Assembly (NCBI RefSeq): GCF_036321535.1
Contig: NC_087436.1
Location: 110,238,001 to 110,302,000 of the forward strand
Source: Camelus dromedarius
Lineage: Eukaryota
Reading direction: 5' to 3'
DNA length: 64,000 nucleotides
The notes under the pieces are model-generated. The model made no database searches and was not told the origin of the DNA. It saw only the letters and a list, made by a program, of their open reading frames with translations. Positions 25,227 through 38,796 of this stretch are shown piece after piece. How positions within the stretch are numbered: position 1 is the stretch's first letter; each line of letters begins with the position of its first letter. A program made the translations under genes and the position numbers.

Positions 25227-25719
25227 GGGACCCTCCAAATATCTTACTTGCAATCAGATCCTCCAGCTAACTTGCATCAGAACTAACTTGCAATCCATGA
25301 ACCAAGGAGTAGGAGAAACCTAGGTAGAGTGTGGATTTCCTCAAGTTAGACAGGAAGGTGGGGTATTTGCCAAGACAAAAAGTGATTGTTACTTTTGCAC
25401 ACCATGCACAAAGTGCTACTCTGAAAAATAAAACCCAAATAAACAGAAATAAACTGTGAATATCCACATCCCCTAGAGTGCAAACATTTTATGATTTCTA
25501 ATCCACCACCAGTGATTTGACTATCTTTACTTGACTTGCTATAAGTTGACATCAGGTGGTTTATTTATTGCTTAAAATCTACAGCAACAAATAAACAGAA
25601 GAAGGGAGACTAACAGTTTTTGAGGGCTTATCATGGTTTAATATGTCAAACTGCAAACTAGCACAGACTATAACGCATAAAGATAAATAAAATCATGAAG
25701 TCATTGGGACAAAGAAACC

Positions 25720-25870
25720 CTTTAAACTCTGTATGCCTCAGTTTCTGGAACTGTAAAATGGGTACAATATTTGCCCCTAAGCCATACGGTTGTTGTTAAA
25801 TGAGCTAATACAAGTCATATGCATCAAAAAGTGCTCAGCGTATGATAACTGCTGGATAAATATTAGCTCT
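25720..25870 (+). mobile_element. MIR SINE
   Basis: CTCTGTATGCCTCAGTTTCTGGAACTGTAAAATGGG...GGTTGTTGTTAAATGAGCTAATAC. Confidence 0.8.
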
Positions 25871-28800
25871 TTACTATGACTTATTTAGCACATTCCAGTG
25901 CTAATTTAATTATTTAGTCTTTTTAATTCCTATATTATTAATAATGAAATGAGTGCTCAAGGAATCTCCACAATCTACACAGGGTCACATGGAAGAGCTG
26001 GGACTCAAACCATAGCCAGCTGGATCCAAAGGCAACAAGTTTCTCAACTATTTGGTTCTACTTTTCTAAGAGGAGCTTTGGGGGAGAGTCAAAACCAACG
26101 CAAAATCCCTCACTCTGTGGCTTACTAGCTATATGGTCTTGGACAAATCATCAGAATTCTGTTAAACTTAGTTTCCTCATCTATAATGAGAAGAATCATA
26201 ATAGTTAAATTACAGGAAACAAGTAAAGATTTGAAGAGAGTTTTAAGTTCCTTTTGCCATTCACAGTGAAAGGTGCTCCGTTTTCAGGTCGCCTGGAAAT
26301 ACTGACAAAACCCTTGCTTTGCTCTTGGAAGGAATTATTAGTGAGGTTATTGGGGAAAATCTTGTATAAGATTTTATTTTTCCAAATAATTCCTTCCCAA
26401 ATAAATATTAGTATTTACTTAAAGGATTTATTAAATCCTTGTGTATTATTTACATTTAAAGTCATATGAAAATCTGTATAACCCAAAATTGTTAGCCTCT
26501 ATCCCTTTTGATATAGTAAGTTTAAAATTCCAAAGGTTAGAAGGATGGGAGAGTTTGGCTCTCAGGTGTGTGTCCCAACAAGAAGAAATGTGGGTAGCTG
26601 CACACTTGGAAGTCCATGTTCTGAACAATATTTTTTTTTATTAAACACTCACTGGGTGAAGCACTGTGAATTAGGGTACAAGCCAAGGAAAGGGAGTCAG
26701 GTTGAAGCATAAAAGAGGCCTAGACGATGTAAGTGTCAGATGTAGGACAGAATAAACAGGAAACTTGCAAGAGATACCTAGTATGGTCGGTACTTAAGAT
26801 GAGGAGGGGAAGAAGGTGAAAAGGGGGCATAGATACTTAAGACTCACGGTTGGGCCGGAAAATAATGCATTTGAGTGTAATTCATCCCAAGCACAACTGT
26901 AAAAGGATGGTGAGGGGTGGGAGCAAGGACAGAAGAGGTCTTGATGGAGGCCAACCTGCAAAGCTAGACTTGGGGCTTTGCTCTGTGCTCCTAGAGGTTT
27001 CTGTGCCCTCCTCTAGTGGCTGTAGTGCTAACTGCAGACTTTCTGTTCATCTGTCTCATCCACCAGACAGAATAGAGGTCCTCGTATAAAAGGCTCAGAT
27101 CATTCACCTTGTGCTAGCAGGACATTAGAACGTAGTAAGCACCAGTAAATAACTTTCTGAAAAATATATGAAGAAGAGGATGCTGGGATTTATTATTAAT
27201 ACTTTGGCCCTGTCAAGTTCAGGCAAACAATGATCCAGACATGCTCTTACAGGCAGAAGCTTAAAGAAATCAGGGCAAGGAGACCAGCAATTCTAAAAGC
27301 TTATGAAAATATGTAGGATTCCATCCAACCAAACTCAACATTAGACTATCCCACTGAGAGAGCAAAGTTCAAGAATATGCATTCATTCAACAAATGTCTA
27401 CTCCAAACCTCCTGGGCATGAAGGGTCTTACTAGGTGATGGATTCTGATGGAAAACAATACAGACAAAAGTTGCTCTCTCAACTTTCTTATAGTCTAGAA
27501 TTGGCTCTGATACCAAGCAAAGAAATTACATAAACAATTATCCAATCACAATGTGATAGACGTTACATAGAAAAACATAAGATATATTCTATAGACCAGG
27601 CAAAGGAGCCATAAAATAATTTGCAGGCAGTACCTTGAGATGATTTAGATATATCTTCCATTGAAAACTTCTGCTTTGGGTCTTAATTTTTTCTGGCTCT
27701 AATTTCTATAATTTTCTCCTATATTAAATTCATTTATTTGAAAACACCTTGACATTTCTTCTCACAGTGGGTTGAAGGCTCTCCAAGTCCTATGAGTCAG
27801 TGGAACAAAGTAAACATTGAGTTGTGATTGGATCCCAATACAATGGGGAAACGGTTAAGTCAGTATAAACACGTAAACTTCTATGGTCATTTTAACCCGA
27901 GCCTCCCAAACATTAATGTATACAACTGTCCATGACACCTTATTCTACCTCCAGCTGAGGAGCTGCAACTCGCTTTTAACCATCCATGTGGCAAATAGCA
28001 TGGAAAACCAAAAAAAGGAGGTGCCAACCTAGGGTTCTAACCTCCTGGTAATGCTGTGGGTGGCCCATGATAAATTATAGCCTGTCTATGTGACCTTATT
28101 TCTCATATTTTTCTGCCTCATTCTTTTATATCACCGTGGGTGTAATCGATATCCAGAGCTTCCGGTGATGTCAGCAGATACTCTGGATTCATTTAAAACC
28201 CACGAAGAACCTGAGGTTTTGCATATTTGAGAGAGATAAGGACTAACCCTCATTTAAAGAAAATTGTAATTGATGGGCTCAATGCAACCACAATTTTCTG
28301 AGAAATCAGTTGTCTTAATTACATAGCCCAGACTTTGGTCACTTCTGGGGAATTTGGTGGGGGTGGGAGACATTCTGAATTTGTTGTTATGGATGAGTTC
28401 AGAGTAAACATTTGGATTATTTATGCATCCTGACTGCATGAACCCACCCTCCCCAGGATTTGTGTTTCTCCATAGGTGTTCCTTTTGGCTCAGAGATCAC
28501 AGTGTAGGTGACTGAAAAAAGCAGCCTGAGTATTCATATCTGGGGGACAGTTTGAACCAGATGGATCAGGGATATGAAGACCTCTTCTACACTTGTGAAA
28601 TGTCTAAAATGCTGAAGGCAATGATCTTTCTTTCTATTGCTTACTGTGTTCTCCTACTTTCCCTGCCATGCATTCTAGATGTTTATGTTACTGACACTGC
28701 TGACATCGGCAAAGTTTGCCTTTGACATCCAACAGCATCCGTTTCATTGCTGTATTTCTGTACATCAAAGCACTGCACTCTCATGACAGTGCTCAGCACT

Positions 28801-29319
28801 ATTGTTTCATTATTTTTAGGCATTTTGTAGGGCATACACTTTTTTTTTTTAAGCCAAAGTTATTTGTTACTTCTATCGTGTCATTTTTTTCTTTCAAGTA
28901 AACCACAAATTCTTTTCACCAATGGCAAAAATGAGTCCTTTCATAGATTTCTCTGGGTCTTTTATCTTAGTCTTCTTATAAACATAGAGATGAACAAAAT
29001 GTCAAATTCTGAATCAGTATGCTATGGTCTGAAGAGCACCAAATTGGATTTGAATCCTAGCTTTGCTTTCCAATGACCTTGAGCATCTGAAAGTCAAGCA
29101 AGGAATTACATATAAAGAACTATCTGGTCACATAGAGATCTACCCCTAAACCTCTAAAATCTGTAATTCTGTGATTATTTTAGAAGCTTATAGCAAAATT
29201 TCTAAGATACTCTTCAAAGAAATCAACAATGTAATAGATATTTGCGTGTTAATATTTATTTCAAAATCAAGATGGTAACGTCCCCCTTTATTGAGGCAAT
29301 GAAATGAATCAGATCAGGA

Positions 29320-29500
29320 TTTGAAAGCTTTATCCTTCCTCCAGCTGTTAAATAACATTTCTGAGTAGCAGATCCCTCAATTTTAAAACAAAGGGATAAT
29401 GTCTTTCCTCCATGATTTTTGTGAGAATTAAACAAGGTAATGTATGTGCAAATGCCTAGCATGAGATCTGACTCATAGGGGTCAGAAAATAAATGACAGC
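29320..29500 (+). mobile_element. MIR SINE
   Basis: CCTCAATTTT...GGGATAAT...TTGTGAGAATTAAACAAGGTAATGTATGTGCAAATGCCTAGCA. Confidence 0.7.
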
Positions 29501-30089
29501 AATTCTTAATACTATTGACACAAAGCTTTGTTCTTTTCAAAGCTCATTTATATACATTATTTCATGCTAACAGACTAAGCTCAATGCTGCCAAGAAATTT
29601 CGTGTAAAAATATACCCAGGGTCAGTGATACAGTAAAATTCCCATTCTGAAATGAGGAGATTGTCCACTGATTTTATCTTGTAGCAATAAGCTCCTTCAA
29701 TCTACGTTTCACTCATTCAAATATCTCCTTGACCCGACCGTCTTGAAGCAAGTCTGCCATATTTTATTTATGCAGTCATTAATACGGCAAATATTTATCA
29801 TAGCAACTATGTACCTGGATCATATTTTATCAGATGCTAGTTTCTTACATCAAAAAAAAGACCAGGAAAAAATAAAAAGATCGCTATGAAATAGCAGTGT
29901 GCATAGTGGTGAGCTGTTTTTTTTTAAAAATGGGAAGGGGCTTAAGTAATTAATTTTTGAGTTGAATTTTTAAAATACGTATTAACTATAATAATAGTAC
30001 ATTTCTAAAGTGCAATAAGATTTACAAAGCTCCTTTTTTTGAAACATATCATGGGCCCCCCCATTTTGCTCCAAACTTACTCAAATCGC

Positions 30090-30660
30090 CAACACTCAAG
30101 CCATCTTTATTCCTAGGGCAAGATTCTCAGTAACAGGCCCTTAACTGGTCACTGTGTTTTCACTTTTTGCATCCTAAGATCCATTTCTACTAGCAGTTAA
30201 ATTATTCTTCAAAGTGAGAGATCAGTTTTCTCCCTTGTTTAAAACCTCTCAATGCCTTCTCCATATACCTTTCCAACATTGTGTCCAATAGCTACTCCCT
30301 GTCCTTGCCAACCATGCTCAAGCCACAGCAAACTTGGCTGTTGCTGGAGCAGGTAGATCTGGTTCTTGCCTCAGGAACTTCATGGTGACTCTTCACTGTG
30401 TCTGAAACATGTTTTTGTCTCATCCTTTTGAGGTTGTCTCTGTCTCATTCATTGGATCTTACCCTTTTTGAGCATTCCTTCCAAAGTTGCCCCCTCTCTC
30501 TACAGAAGCTATCACACTACAGTGTCACTATTTGTTGTTTGTTTTCCCCAGCTCTTTATCATTACTTACAAAAATGTTGTCCACTTGTGTACTCATTGAG
30601 AGTCTAGCTTCACTAGAATGTAAGAAGAGATTGTGCTTTCTTATCGACGTATCGGTCACA
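30090..30660 (+). mobile_element. LINE-2 fragment
   Basis: CAGTAACAGGCCCTTAACTGGTC...TTTAAAACCTCTCAATGCCTT...CTTGCCTCAGGAACTT...CACTAGAATGTAAG is the L2 3' region. Confidence 0.75.
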
Positions 30661-31488
30661 CAGAGAAACCAGCCACTGAGAGGTTATTGACTTATACAAG
30701 TAAAGGGAGTTATAAATAGCCCCTTGTCTCAAGGAGTCTGAATCTAGGTCTTAAAACAAGATATTATCTCATCAATAGTAATGATCCAGGAGTTATTCTG
30801 TAAGACAACACTAATACTATAATGTAGTAAGACTGAATATGATTATGTGCCAAAATAATCAGAGAGAGTAAGTGCTCGTATTCTGCATAGACAGTTTAAA
30901 AAAGCATGTTACAAGAATTGTGGGGTATTTTCTACAGTAAATATTATCTATTGTTCTTGGAGTTCATGTTTCTTGATTCTGTGGTTATTTAATTTTTGTT
31001 TGTTTAACTGAATGTCATAACCTAGGGTTTCCTAAAATTGCTATATTTCATGTATTTATTTTGTAAATTAAAGTTATTTCAAATCAACTTTCCCTTGAGC
31101 ATTTTTTAAAGTGTTCCAAAACCCCCTGAAATAAATGGAGATACAACACTGGTGGTATTTCAAAATCAGCTTTGTGGTCGGGGGAGCAGGGAATCCCCAT
31201 AGTGGCTGCCTGCTTGGGAAAATCTTCACTTTTAGAAGGATGCAAAGAAAGTGGTTTATATGGCCTGTTTATCATATTTCTTTTCATAGCATTGTAGTTT
31301 ATCGTTAAAAATTATTGTGAAAAGTCAATTAATCCTAAAATTTATTTAAACCATTTCCATAAATTTAGTCTGTAACCCCGTCCCTTAACAGACTCAGTCC
31401 CTGTTTTAAAAATATGTTGAGAAGCCTTCCATCCTCAAGAAAATGATCTGAGTGGAAACAATCCAGACAGCTCTCATTCTGACATATT

Positions 31489-31502
31489 TCTAGATCTAGA
31501 TC

Positions 31503-31554
<52 letters not shown>

Positions 31555-31578
31555 AAGATAGATAGATAGATAGAAAGA

Positions 31579-31630
<52 letters not shown>

Positions 31631-31631
31631 T
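31489..31631. repeat. Compound STR (TCTAGA)3-(GATA)n-(GACA)n
   Basis: Read directly. Two GAAA interruptions in the GATA block. Confidence 0.97.
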
Positions 31632-31814
31632 AAATTTCCTTATAGTAATTGTTCTTCTTGTGGACCTCTACTCTTTTACCATCCCTGGTTCCATCTGAGC
31701 CTATATATTTTATGCCATAAAAAAAAAATCTTACCCTAGTTTAGCAAGATAAAGAATGCAATATATCATACAGAAAGTGCCAATTGCTACTGTTTCCGAA
31801 GTGATATACAATGT

Positions 31815-31965
31815 AGAGACTTTTTTCCCCCATAAAGGAACAAATAGTAAATATTTTAGGTTTTATAGGCCATTTATCTGTCTCACCTACTCAAATTTGG
31901 CATTGTAGTGTGAAAGTAGCCATAGATAATATGCAAGGAAGTGGGTGTGGCTGTATTCTGTACAC
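31815..31965. mobile_element. MER58A-like hAT MITE fragment
   Basis: ATAGTAAATATTTTAGG...CTACTCAA...CATTGTAGTGTGAAAGTAGCCATAGATAATATG...GGGTGTGGCTGT. Confidence 0.85.
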
Positions 31966-32244
31966 TCCATAATGAAATTATGCCAAATGTGTCATAAATT
32001 TCATAGCACCTGGATATAGAAAACCAAAGTGCCTTGCAAATAGAATGATTACACTGGAAGAAATTCAGACCTTATGAGGTAGCTTATATTTTTATAGACT
32101 ACCTCCATTTGTCACTGACAGATTAGAGAATAAAAATAAGGACAATTAACTTGAATAAAATAACTTGTAAGTATGTTTTAGTAGAGGTTTCTAAAATTTT
32201 GAACCTAAGTAAATATATATCAAAAAATACCTATCAAATATATA

Positions 32245-32505
32245 CACTCAGTCCCCTGACCCCCTCTTCTATGGCAATCACCTGTTTGTTCTCTATGAGT
32301 TTGTTTCTGTTTTAAGTTTGTTAAAATTTATTTTTGATTTTTTAGATTCCACATATAAGCGAAATCATATGGTATTTGTCTCTTGTCTTTCTCCATTTAA
32401 CCTTTTTTACTTAGCATAGTACCCTCTAGGTTCATCTATGTTGTTGTAAAAGCAAGATTTCATTCTTTTTAATGGCTGAGTAACAACCCACCATGTGTGT
32501 GTACT
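32245..32505 (-). mobile_element. L1 3' UTR fragment
   Basis: TTTAGATTCCACATATAAGCGAAATCATATGGTATTTGTC...GATTTCATTCTTTTTAATGGCTGAGTAA. Confidence 0.88.
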
Positions 32506-32999
32506 ATGTACCTGATATTCTGCTCTGTCTTTTCCATTGATCATTTTATTTAATCATTACAACTGTCTTCTGTGGAAGATGTTGCTGTCTCATTTTACAT
32601 GTTCAGTGTCACAGAGCTAGTAATTTTTTCAGCCATATGAATCCATAGTTAATCTCCTATGATAGCTTAGGCATAAGATACATACAAAGTACTCAGTGTT
32701 AAATCAAATTGCATAAATACTTTTGTGATTAAAAGGACAGGAAGAGAATAGTAATCATTCAGCTCAAATGGCTATAATCATTCAGCTCAAAATTTAAGTA
32801 AAATTAGCATAAAATCAATGTAAAAATGAAGTAAATATTTTCAAGGAAAAAAAAAACAGAAATTAGTGAATCCAAAAATTGAATAAACTTTCTATATGCC
32901 TAGTGCCAAATTTTTAGATTAAAGAAAGAACATAGTTACAATTTCAGTAACTCTGAGAAAACCAAAAAGAAAAAATACAAATTTAGTAAAAAGGGATAT

Positions 33000-34925
33000 G
33001 ATTCCTGGAACTAATAAGGGATTCTAGCAAAATGACAGGATATAAGATTAATAATCAAAATATAATCACTTTTCAGCATTAAAGAACCGGAATTTGAAAT
33101 TTAAACCATAATATCATCTATATTAGCGCTGCAAAACGTGAAATGCTTAAGTATAAATAAAATAAAATATGTGTAAGATATATATGAGGGAAACTATAAA
33201 AATATGATGAATGGAATCAAAGAAAAGCTAAATAAACTGAGAGATGACCCATATAAATAAAAAGACTAGATATTGTGAAAATGTCAGTTCTTTTCAGCTT
33301 GATGTATAGATTCAATGCAATTTCAATCAAAATACCAGCAAGTTATTTTGTGACTATCAATAAACTGATTCTAAAGTTGATATGGAGAGACGAAAGTTCT
33401 AGAGCCATCAACAACCACATTAGAAGACTGACACTATCTGACATTAAGTCTTCCTATAAAACTACACTAACCAAGACACTGTGGTACTGACGAAAGAATA
33501 GACAAATAGATAAATACAACAAAATAGAGAGCCTAGAGATAGACTGCATAAATATATCCAACAGATCTTTAACAGAGAATCAAAAGCAATAGGATGGAGA
33601 AAAATAGTCCTTTCTCAACAAATGGTGCTGAAACAACTAGATATCCACCTGCAAGCAAATGAATCTAGACACAGACATTCCCCCCCACACAAAAACCAAC
33701 TCAAAATGGATCACAGACCTAAATGTTTAAGTACGAAAATCTAAAATGCCTCGAAGATAACATAGAAGAACATCTAGATGTTTTGGGGTATGGCAGTGAA
33801 CTTAGTTACAACACCAAAGACACAGTCCATGAAATAAATCATTGATAAGTTGGAATTTATTAAAATGAAAAAAACTCTGCTCTGTAAAGACGCTCAAGAG
33901 ATTAAGGCAAGCCACAGACTGGGAAAAAACATTTGCAAATATGTCTGATATTTTATAAAGGACAATTACTCAACATATGCAAACAACTCTTAAGATCAAC
34001 AATAGAAAAATGAACAACCCAACTAAAAAATGGGCAAAAGACCTGAACAGAGATCTTACCAAAGAACATATACAGATGGAAAATAAACAGATGAAAAGGT
34101 GTTCAACATCATCTATCATTGGGGAACTCATGTTAGTTAATTAAAAAGTAAAACAACGAGATACCACCACATGCCTATTAGAATGGCCAAAATTCAGAAC
34201 ATTGACAACCCAAATGCTGGTGAGGATGCGGAGCAACAAGAGCTCTCATACATAGCCAGCGGGAGTGCAAAGTGGTAATAGCTACTTTGGAAGACGGTTT
34301 GGCAATTTCTTACAAAATTAAACATACTCTTACCATACCATCCAGCAATATGCTTCTTCACATTTTTACCCAAAGGAGTTAAAAATGTATGCCCACACAA
34401 AAATATCCACACGAATGTTTATAGCAGCTTTATTCATAATTGCTAGAATTTGGAAACAAAATGCCCTCCAGTAAGCGAACGGATAATCTATGATATGTCC
34501 AAACAAAGGGATATTAATTTAACAATAAAAAGAAATGAGCTATCAGGGCCTGGACACACACGAAGGAAATTCAAATGCATGTTACTAAGTGAAGGAAGCC
34601 AATTTGAAAAGGCTGCATACTGTACGATTCCAGCTGAATAGAAGGACTTTAAGGGTATCAAACTGCTCTGTGGGATACCTGTCATCATACATTTGTCAAA
34701 ACCCATAGAATATATAACACCAAAACTGAACCCTAATATAAACTACAGACTTTGGATGATAATAATGTGTCAATATAGGTTTTCTGATTGTAATAAATGT
34801 ACCACTCTGGTGAAGGATGTTAATAGTGAGAGAGGCTGTGCATATGTGAGTTCAGGGAGTATACTTTCTCCCCAGTTTTGCTATGAATCTAAAACTACTC
34901 TAAAAATAGAGTGTATTTAAAAGTT
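33000..34925 (+). mobile_element. L1MC1-like LINE-1: ORF2 3' part plus 3' UTR
   Basis: ORF2-like MYRFNAISIKIP and KTLWY in ORF 33275. 3' UTR TGTCAAAACCCATAGAA...GAACCCTAATATAAACT...AAATGTACCACTCTGGTG...TAAAACTACTCTAAAAATA. Confidence 0.92.
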
Positions 34926-35959
34926 AAAGAAGAAGAATATGACTAATATGGAAGATAATACAAGTTTTATATACTCATATTATTTTTAAGATAATACATA
35001 GCATTATATTTAAGATAATATACAGCAAAATTTATCCAGGAAGAAAAAATAGAAGACCTTAGTAGAAAAATGCATGGCAGCAATTTGAACAGGTTATTAA
35101 AAGACTATTTGATATTAAGATTAAAAACTCAAGTGAAATCATGGGTTTTCTTTTTTCTCAGATTTTTCAAGCTTTAAAGAACTTCCAGTTTCTATATGGT
35201 AGTTGCCATGTAAAAAAGGAATAAAGTCATTTCAAAAGAATAAAAGTGGACATCTACAGGTGGCAGCTTATAAGAAAATATTTTCTTCTTTCTAGTTCAG
35301 TGTTTTATTAAATGTGTATGCAATTAATGCACATAATGATGCATTTATATAAAATAATGAATATTTTTTGAAATTTTGAAATTAAAACATATAGGTAGAA
35401 TCATTTAATATAAAATCTATGGACTAAAATTTTTTTTAAGAGTACAAACCAAGGCATACATATCTGTGTTATAAGAAATAGTTTAATGAGAATTGGTTAT
35501 TAAAGCCCGAAAGGAAATGGAGAATTTAAACAAATATCCAAACAATCTACTCGGAAGCATAATGTACATGTAATGAAAGCGTTCTTGTAAAATTGTGTGT
35601 GTAATCAGGAACATCTACTTTTTCCCTGGGAACATCGTGATCTGTGAGGACATGAATCATGTATCCCTCAGAACTGTATCTCTGATAAACAAAGTAAGGG
35701 GTTTTTTTGTTGGTTTTGTTCTTCACCAGTATATCCCAAGGACTTATAACCACACTTAGCATATTGTAGGCACAAACATAAAAGGGTAAATCCTTCTTGA
35801 ATGGAGGGTTAGCTACTTAATAAAGAAGACACACACACACACACACATGCAAACACACAGTCTCAATATTATATTTCCAACCTTATTAGAAACTTCATTC
35901 TTATACTCTACTTTGGATGCTTCTGTCTGCTTTATTTATCTGCTTATTTCTAATAGCAC

Positions 35960-36341
35960 TGGTCATTGGCACTGATCACCAAAGATTTCGGGCTCCCTGT
36001 CTTCCAGGCACACGACAGGATTCCATTTCCCAGGCCTCCTTGTAGATAGATGGGGCCGTCTCTGTGCAGTGAGCTGCGAAGAGACATAGCAGGTGCTGGA
36101 GCGTTTCATTAATAACGCACGATACTTCAGGGCTCTTTCTCTATCTGCCATGGTAACCTGTAAAGCTCAAGGTGATGCTGTTTTGTCAGCTTGAATCCTA
36201 GAGTTGGGAGTCGTGGACAGTATTCTGAGGCGACCTGCAGTGGACTGTAGAATGAGCGAGAAGCTAAGCCTTTGTTGTAGGTCGTGAAGATCTCGAGGTA
36301 GTCTGTTGCTTCAGAATATCCTAGTACGTCCCGACTGATAC
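35960..36341 (+). mobile_element. MLT1 (ERVL-MaLR, MLT1I/J-like) solo LTR
   Basis: CCATTTCCCAGGCCTCCTTGTAGATAGATGGGGCC...AATGAGCGAGAAG...GACTGATACA terminus. Confidence 0.75.
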
Positions 36342-36344
36342 ACT

Positions 36345-36990
36345 AATCCTTAGAAAGCTGTTTTAATTACCGTAGTGATTTCAGTATCTGGCGTGATACA
36401 TTCTCCTTATTCTTTTTTCCCACTATCTTCATAGCTGTTATCCAATGTTTATTTTCAATAAAATCTAATTGTGTTTTAATTGGGATTGCACTGCATTTTT
36501 AGATGAATTTTGTATGAATTTAAATGTTTACTACATTGAGTCTCCTAATAAGAGTGGTCAATTACTTAAAACTTTATTTTGGCTCATTAAATAATTTAAA
36601 TATGTTTTCAATTTATCTTTATGTAAAGCATGCATATTTCTTAAGTCTATTCCTAGGCAGTTTATCTTTTTTTATTGTTATTGTATGTGGAAACTTTATA
36701 TAAATCATGCATATTTCTTAAGTCTATTCCTAGGCAGTTTATCTTTTTTTATTGTTATTGTATGTGGAAACTTTCCATCAATTATGATTCTTATCTGGTT
36801 ATTATTTTTATATAGAAAAGATGTTAATGTTGTATATATTAATTGTTAAACTACCTAAGTGATTTTCCTTAACTTTTCTAATTTTTTTCTTTTTGTTCAT
36901 TGTCATGTTTTACAATGTATAGAAACACAAATGATATTAATTTTGTCTCCTCATTTGACATATTTATAACAGCATCATTCTTAGAAAATT
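36345..36990 (-). mobile_element. Ancient L1 ORF2 fragment containing a 77-bp tandem duplication
   Basis: TTTTAATTGGGATTGCACTG...CATTGAGTCT...TATTCCTAGGCAGTTTATC...TTATTTTTATATAGAAAAG, antisense L1 ORF2. Confidence 0.7.
36617..36770. repeat. 77-bp head-to-tail tandem duplication
   Basis: 36617-36693 vs 36694-36770 differ at 2 positions. CTTT recurs at 36617, 36694 and 36771. Confidence 0.97.
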
Positions 36991-38439
36991 ATATTAAGTG
37001 GGAAATATTTATACAACAAAAAATCTAGAGAATAAGAGGCCATAAATTAAAAGTTGTAGATCATATGACACTAACTGTAAGTGGTATAAATAGTTTTGAA
37101 ATTAAAATGAAGTATTACCACAACTTAAAAGGTCATTCTATTAAGAAAAAGTAATTTTCCATAAGAAATATTCAAAGCTACATAATTGCAAAAGTATTTT
37201 ACTGCTGCAAAACAACAGTGAAATGAGGTATTAAAATCTGCACATTTCACTAGTTTTGATGTTGGCCATAGTCAGCAATATGTTTCCCAACTTATGCATG
37301 CAGACCATAATATACCCAACCGAATACTTCCACATGGCTTCTGCAAATTGTTGTATTTACGATTTGTTGCAATTAATATTTGTCTGCTTCTTAACTCCAA
37401 ACACTGCAGGCATTTAGGCAAATTTCTCCTTGCAAATTCTGCAGATGTCAGGGCTATAACAAACCGTACTTTATTTCCTTTGGTCTATATTCTCTCCCTT
37501 CCTCTTACTGGTTTCCTTGACATTATATCTCTTGCAGAATTATTTCCATCCTACTGTCTGACCCTTGGTGGATAGATTGCAATATCTTCATTCCATTTCC
37601 ATTTCTTGAGTTCAAAAATGAATGACATTTATGAGCAAGTGAATTCTGTGTTGCTTTTACTGATCTAAGGGTCTGGGATTGAGGACTGAACCTTGAATAT
37701 TATTGGATATTCCTAAATTGCAGCACTTTGTGGCCCAGTGGCTGGTCCTTCCAGCCCACAGCTCACTCTTTCAGGGTGTAGGAGGTGTTTTTTGTTCTCA
37801 TCAAGAGGTGGGGAGAAGTTACTGGTTTTTATTTGGCATAGTGAAAATGCCAGATATCTTGCAATACAAAGTATAAATTGCCCCTCCACACTGAAACCAA
37901 AACCAAAGTAAATAAACAAATAAAAAATATCTGAGACAGCTTCCATCCTTAAAGCTGCCTCCCCACCAAGAAATAACATACATTTGTTCAAGATCTGGCT
38001 CTTGCTTCTCAGCCTAGCACCCTGAGCATCTTTCACACGTATAGCGCTAGGATTGTGCTTTCTGTCTCCGTTCAATTTAAGCAGAGCTATGTGGTTTGTT
38101 CTGGCTCTTAAAATGTGAAAGAAACTGAGATATGTCACATGCATGCAGAAGGTTTAAAACCAGCACACAATTCTCCAGCTTTTCTTTTTCCATTCTGTAA
38201 TCTGATGAAGTATGTGCCAAGATAAGACTCTGACATCCTGGGTCCCTGGGAAAGCACATGAACAGAGCCCCTGCCAAGCCATGCTGTGCCTATAGCGTGA
38301 ACAAGGAAAAATAAAAAAGCATTTATGGCATTAAGTTACTGAGATTTCAAGTTGGCTCATTATTACATTAGAGCCTGGCCTGTCTTGACTGATGCTAGAT
38401 AGTGTTGGATAATAGGAGTAGGATTGCCACTATGTACTT

Positions 38440-38712
38440 CTCATAGACTGTACTGTACCCACCCCAAATTCATAGACTGAAGCCCTGACCCCCACTGTGA
38501 CTGTATTTGGAGATAGGATCTTTAGAAAGGTAATTAGGTGAAATGAGGTCATAAGGGTGCCATCCGAGTCCAGCAGGACTGCTGTCTTTGTAAGAAGTGG
38601 AGACACCTGGGACATGAAAACAAAGAGAAAAGGCAGAAAGAAAGGAAGGAAGGAAGGACGAAAAAAAGAAGGAAAGAAGAAGGAAAGAAAGAAAGAAGGA
38701 AAGAAAGAAGGA

Positions 38713-38796
<84 letters not shown>

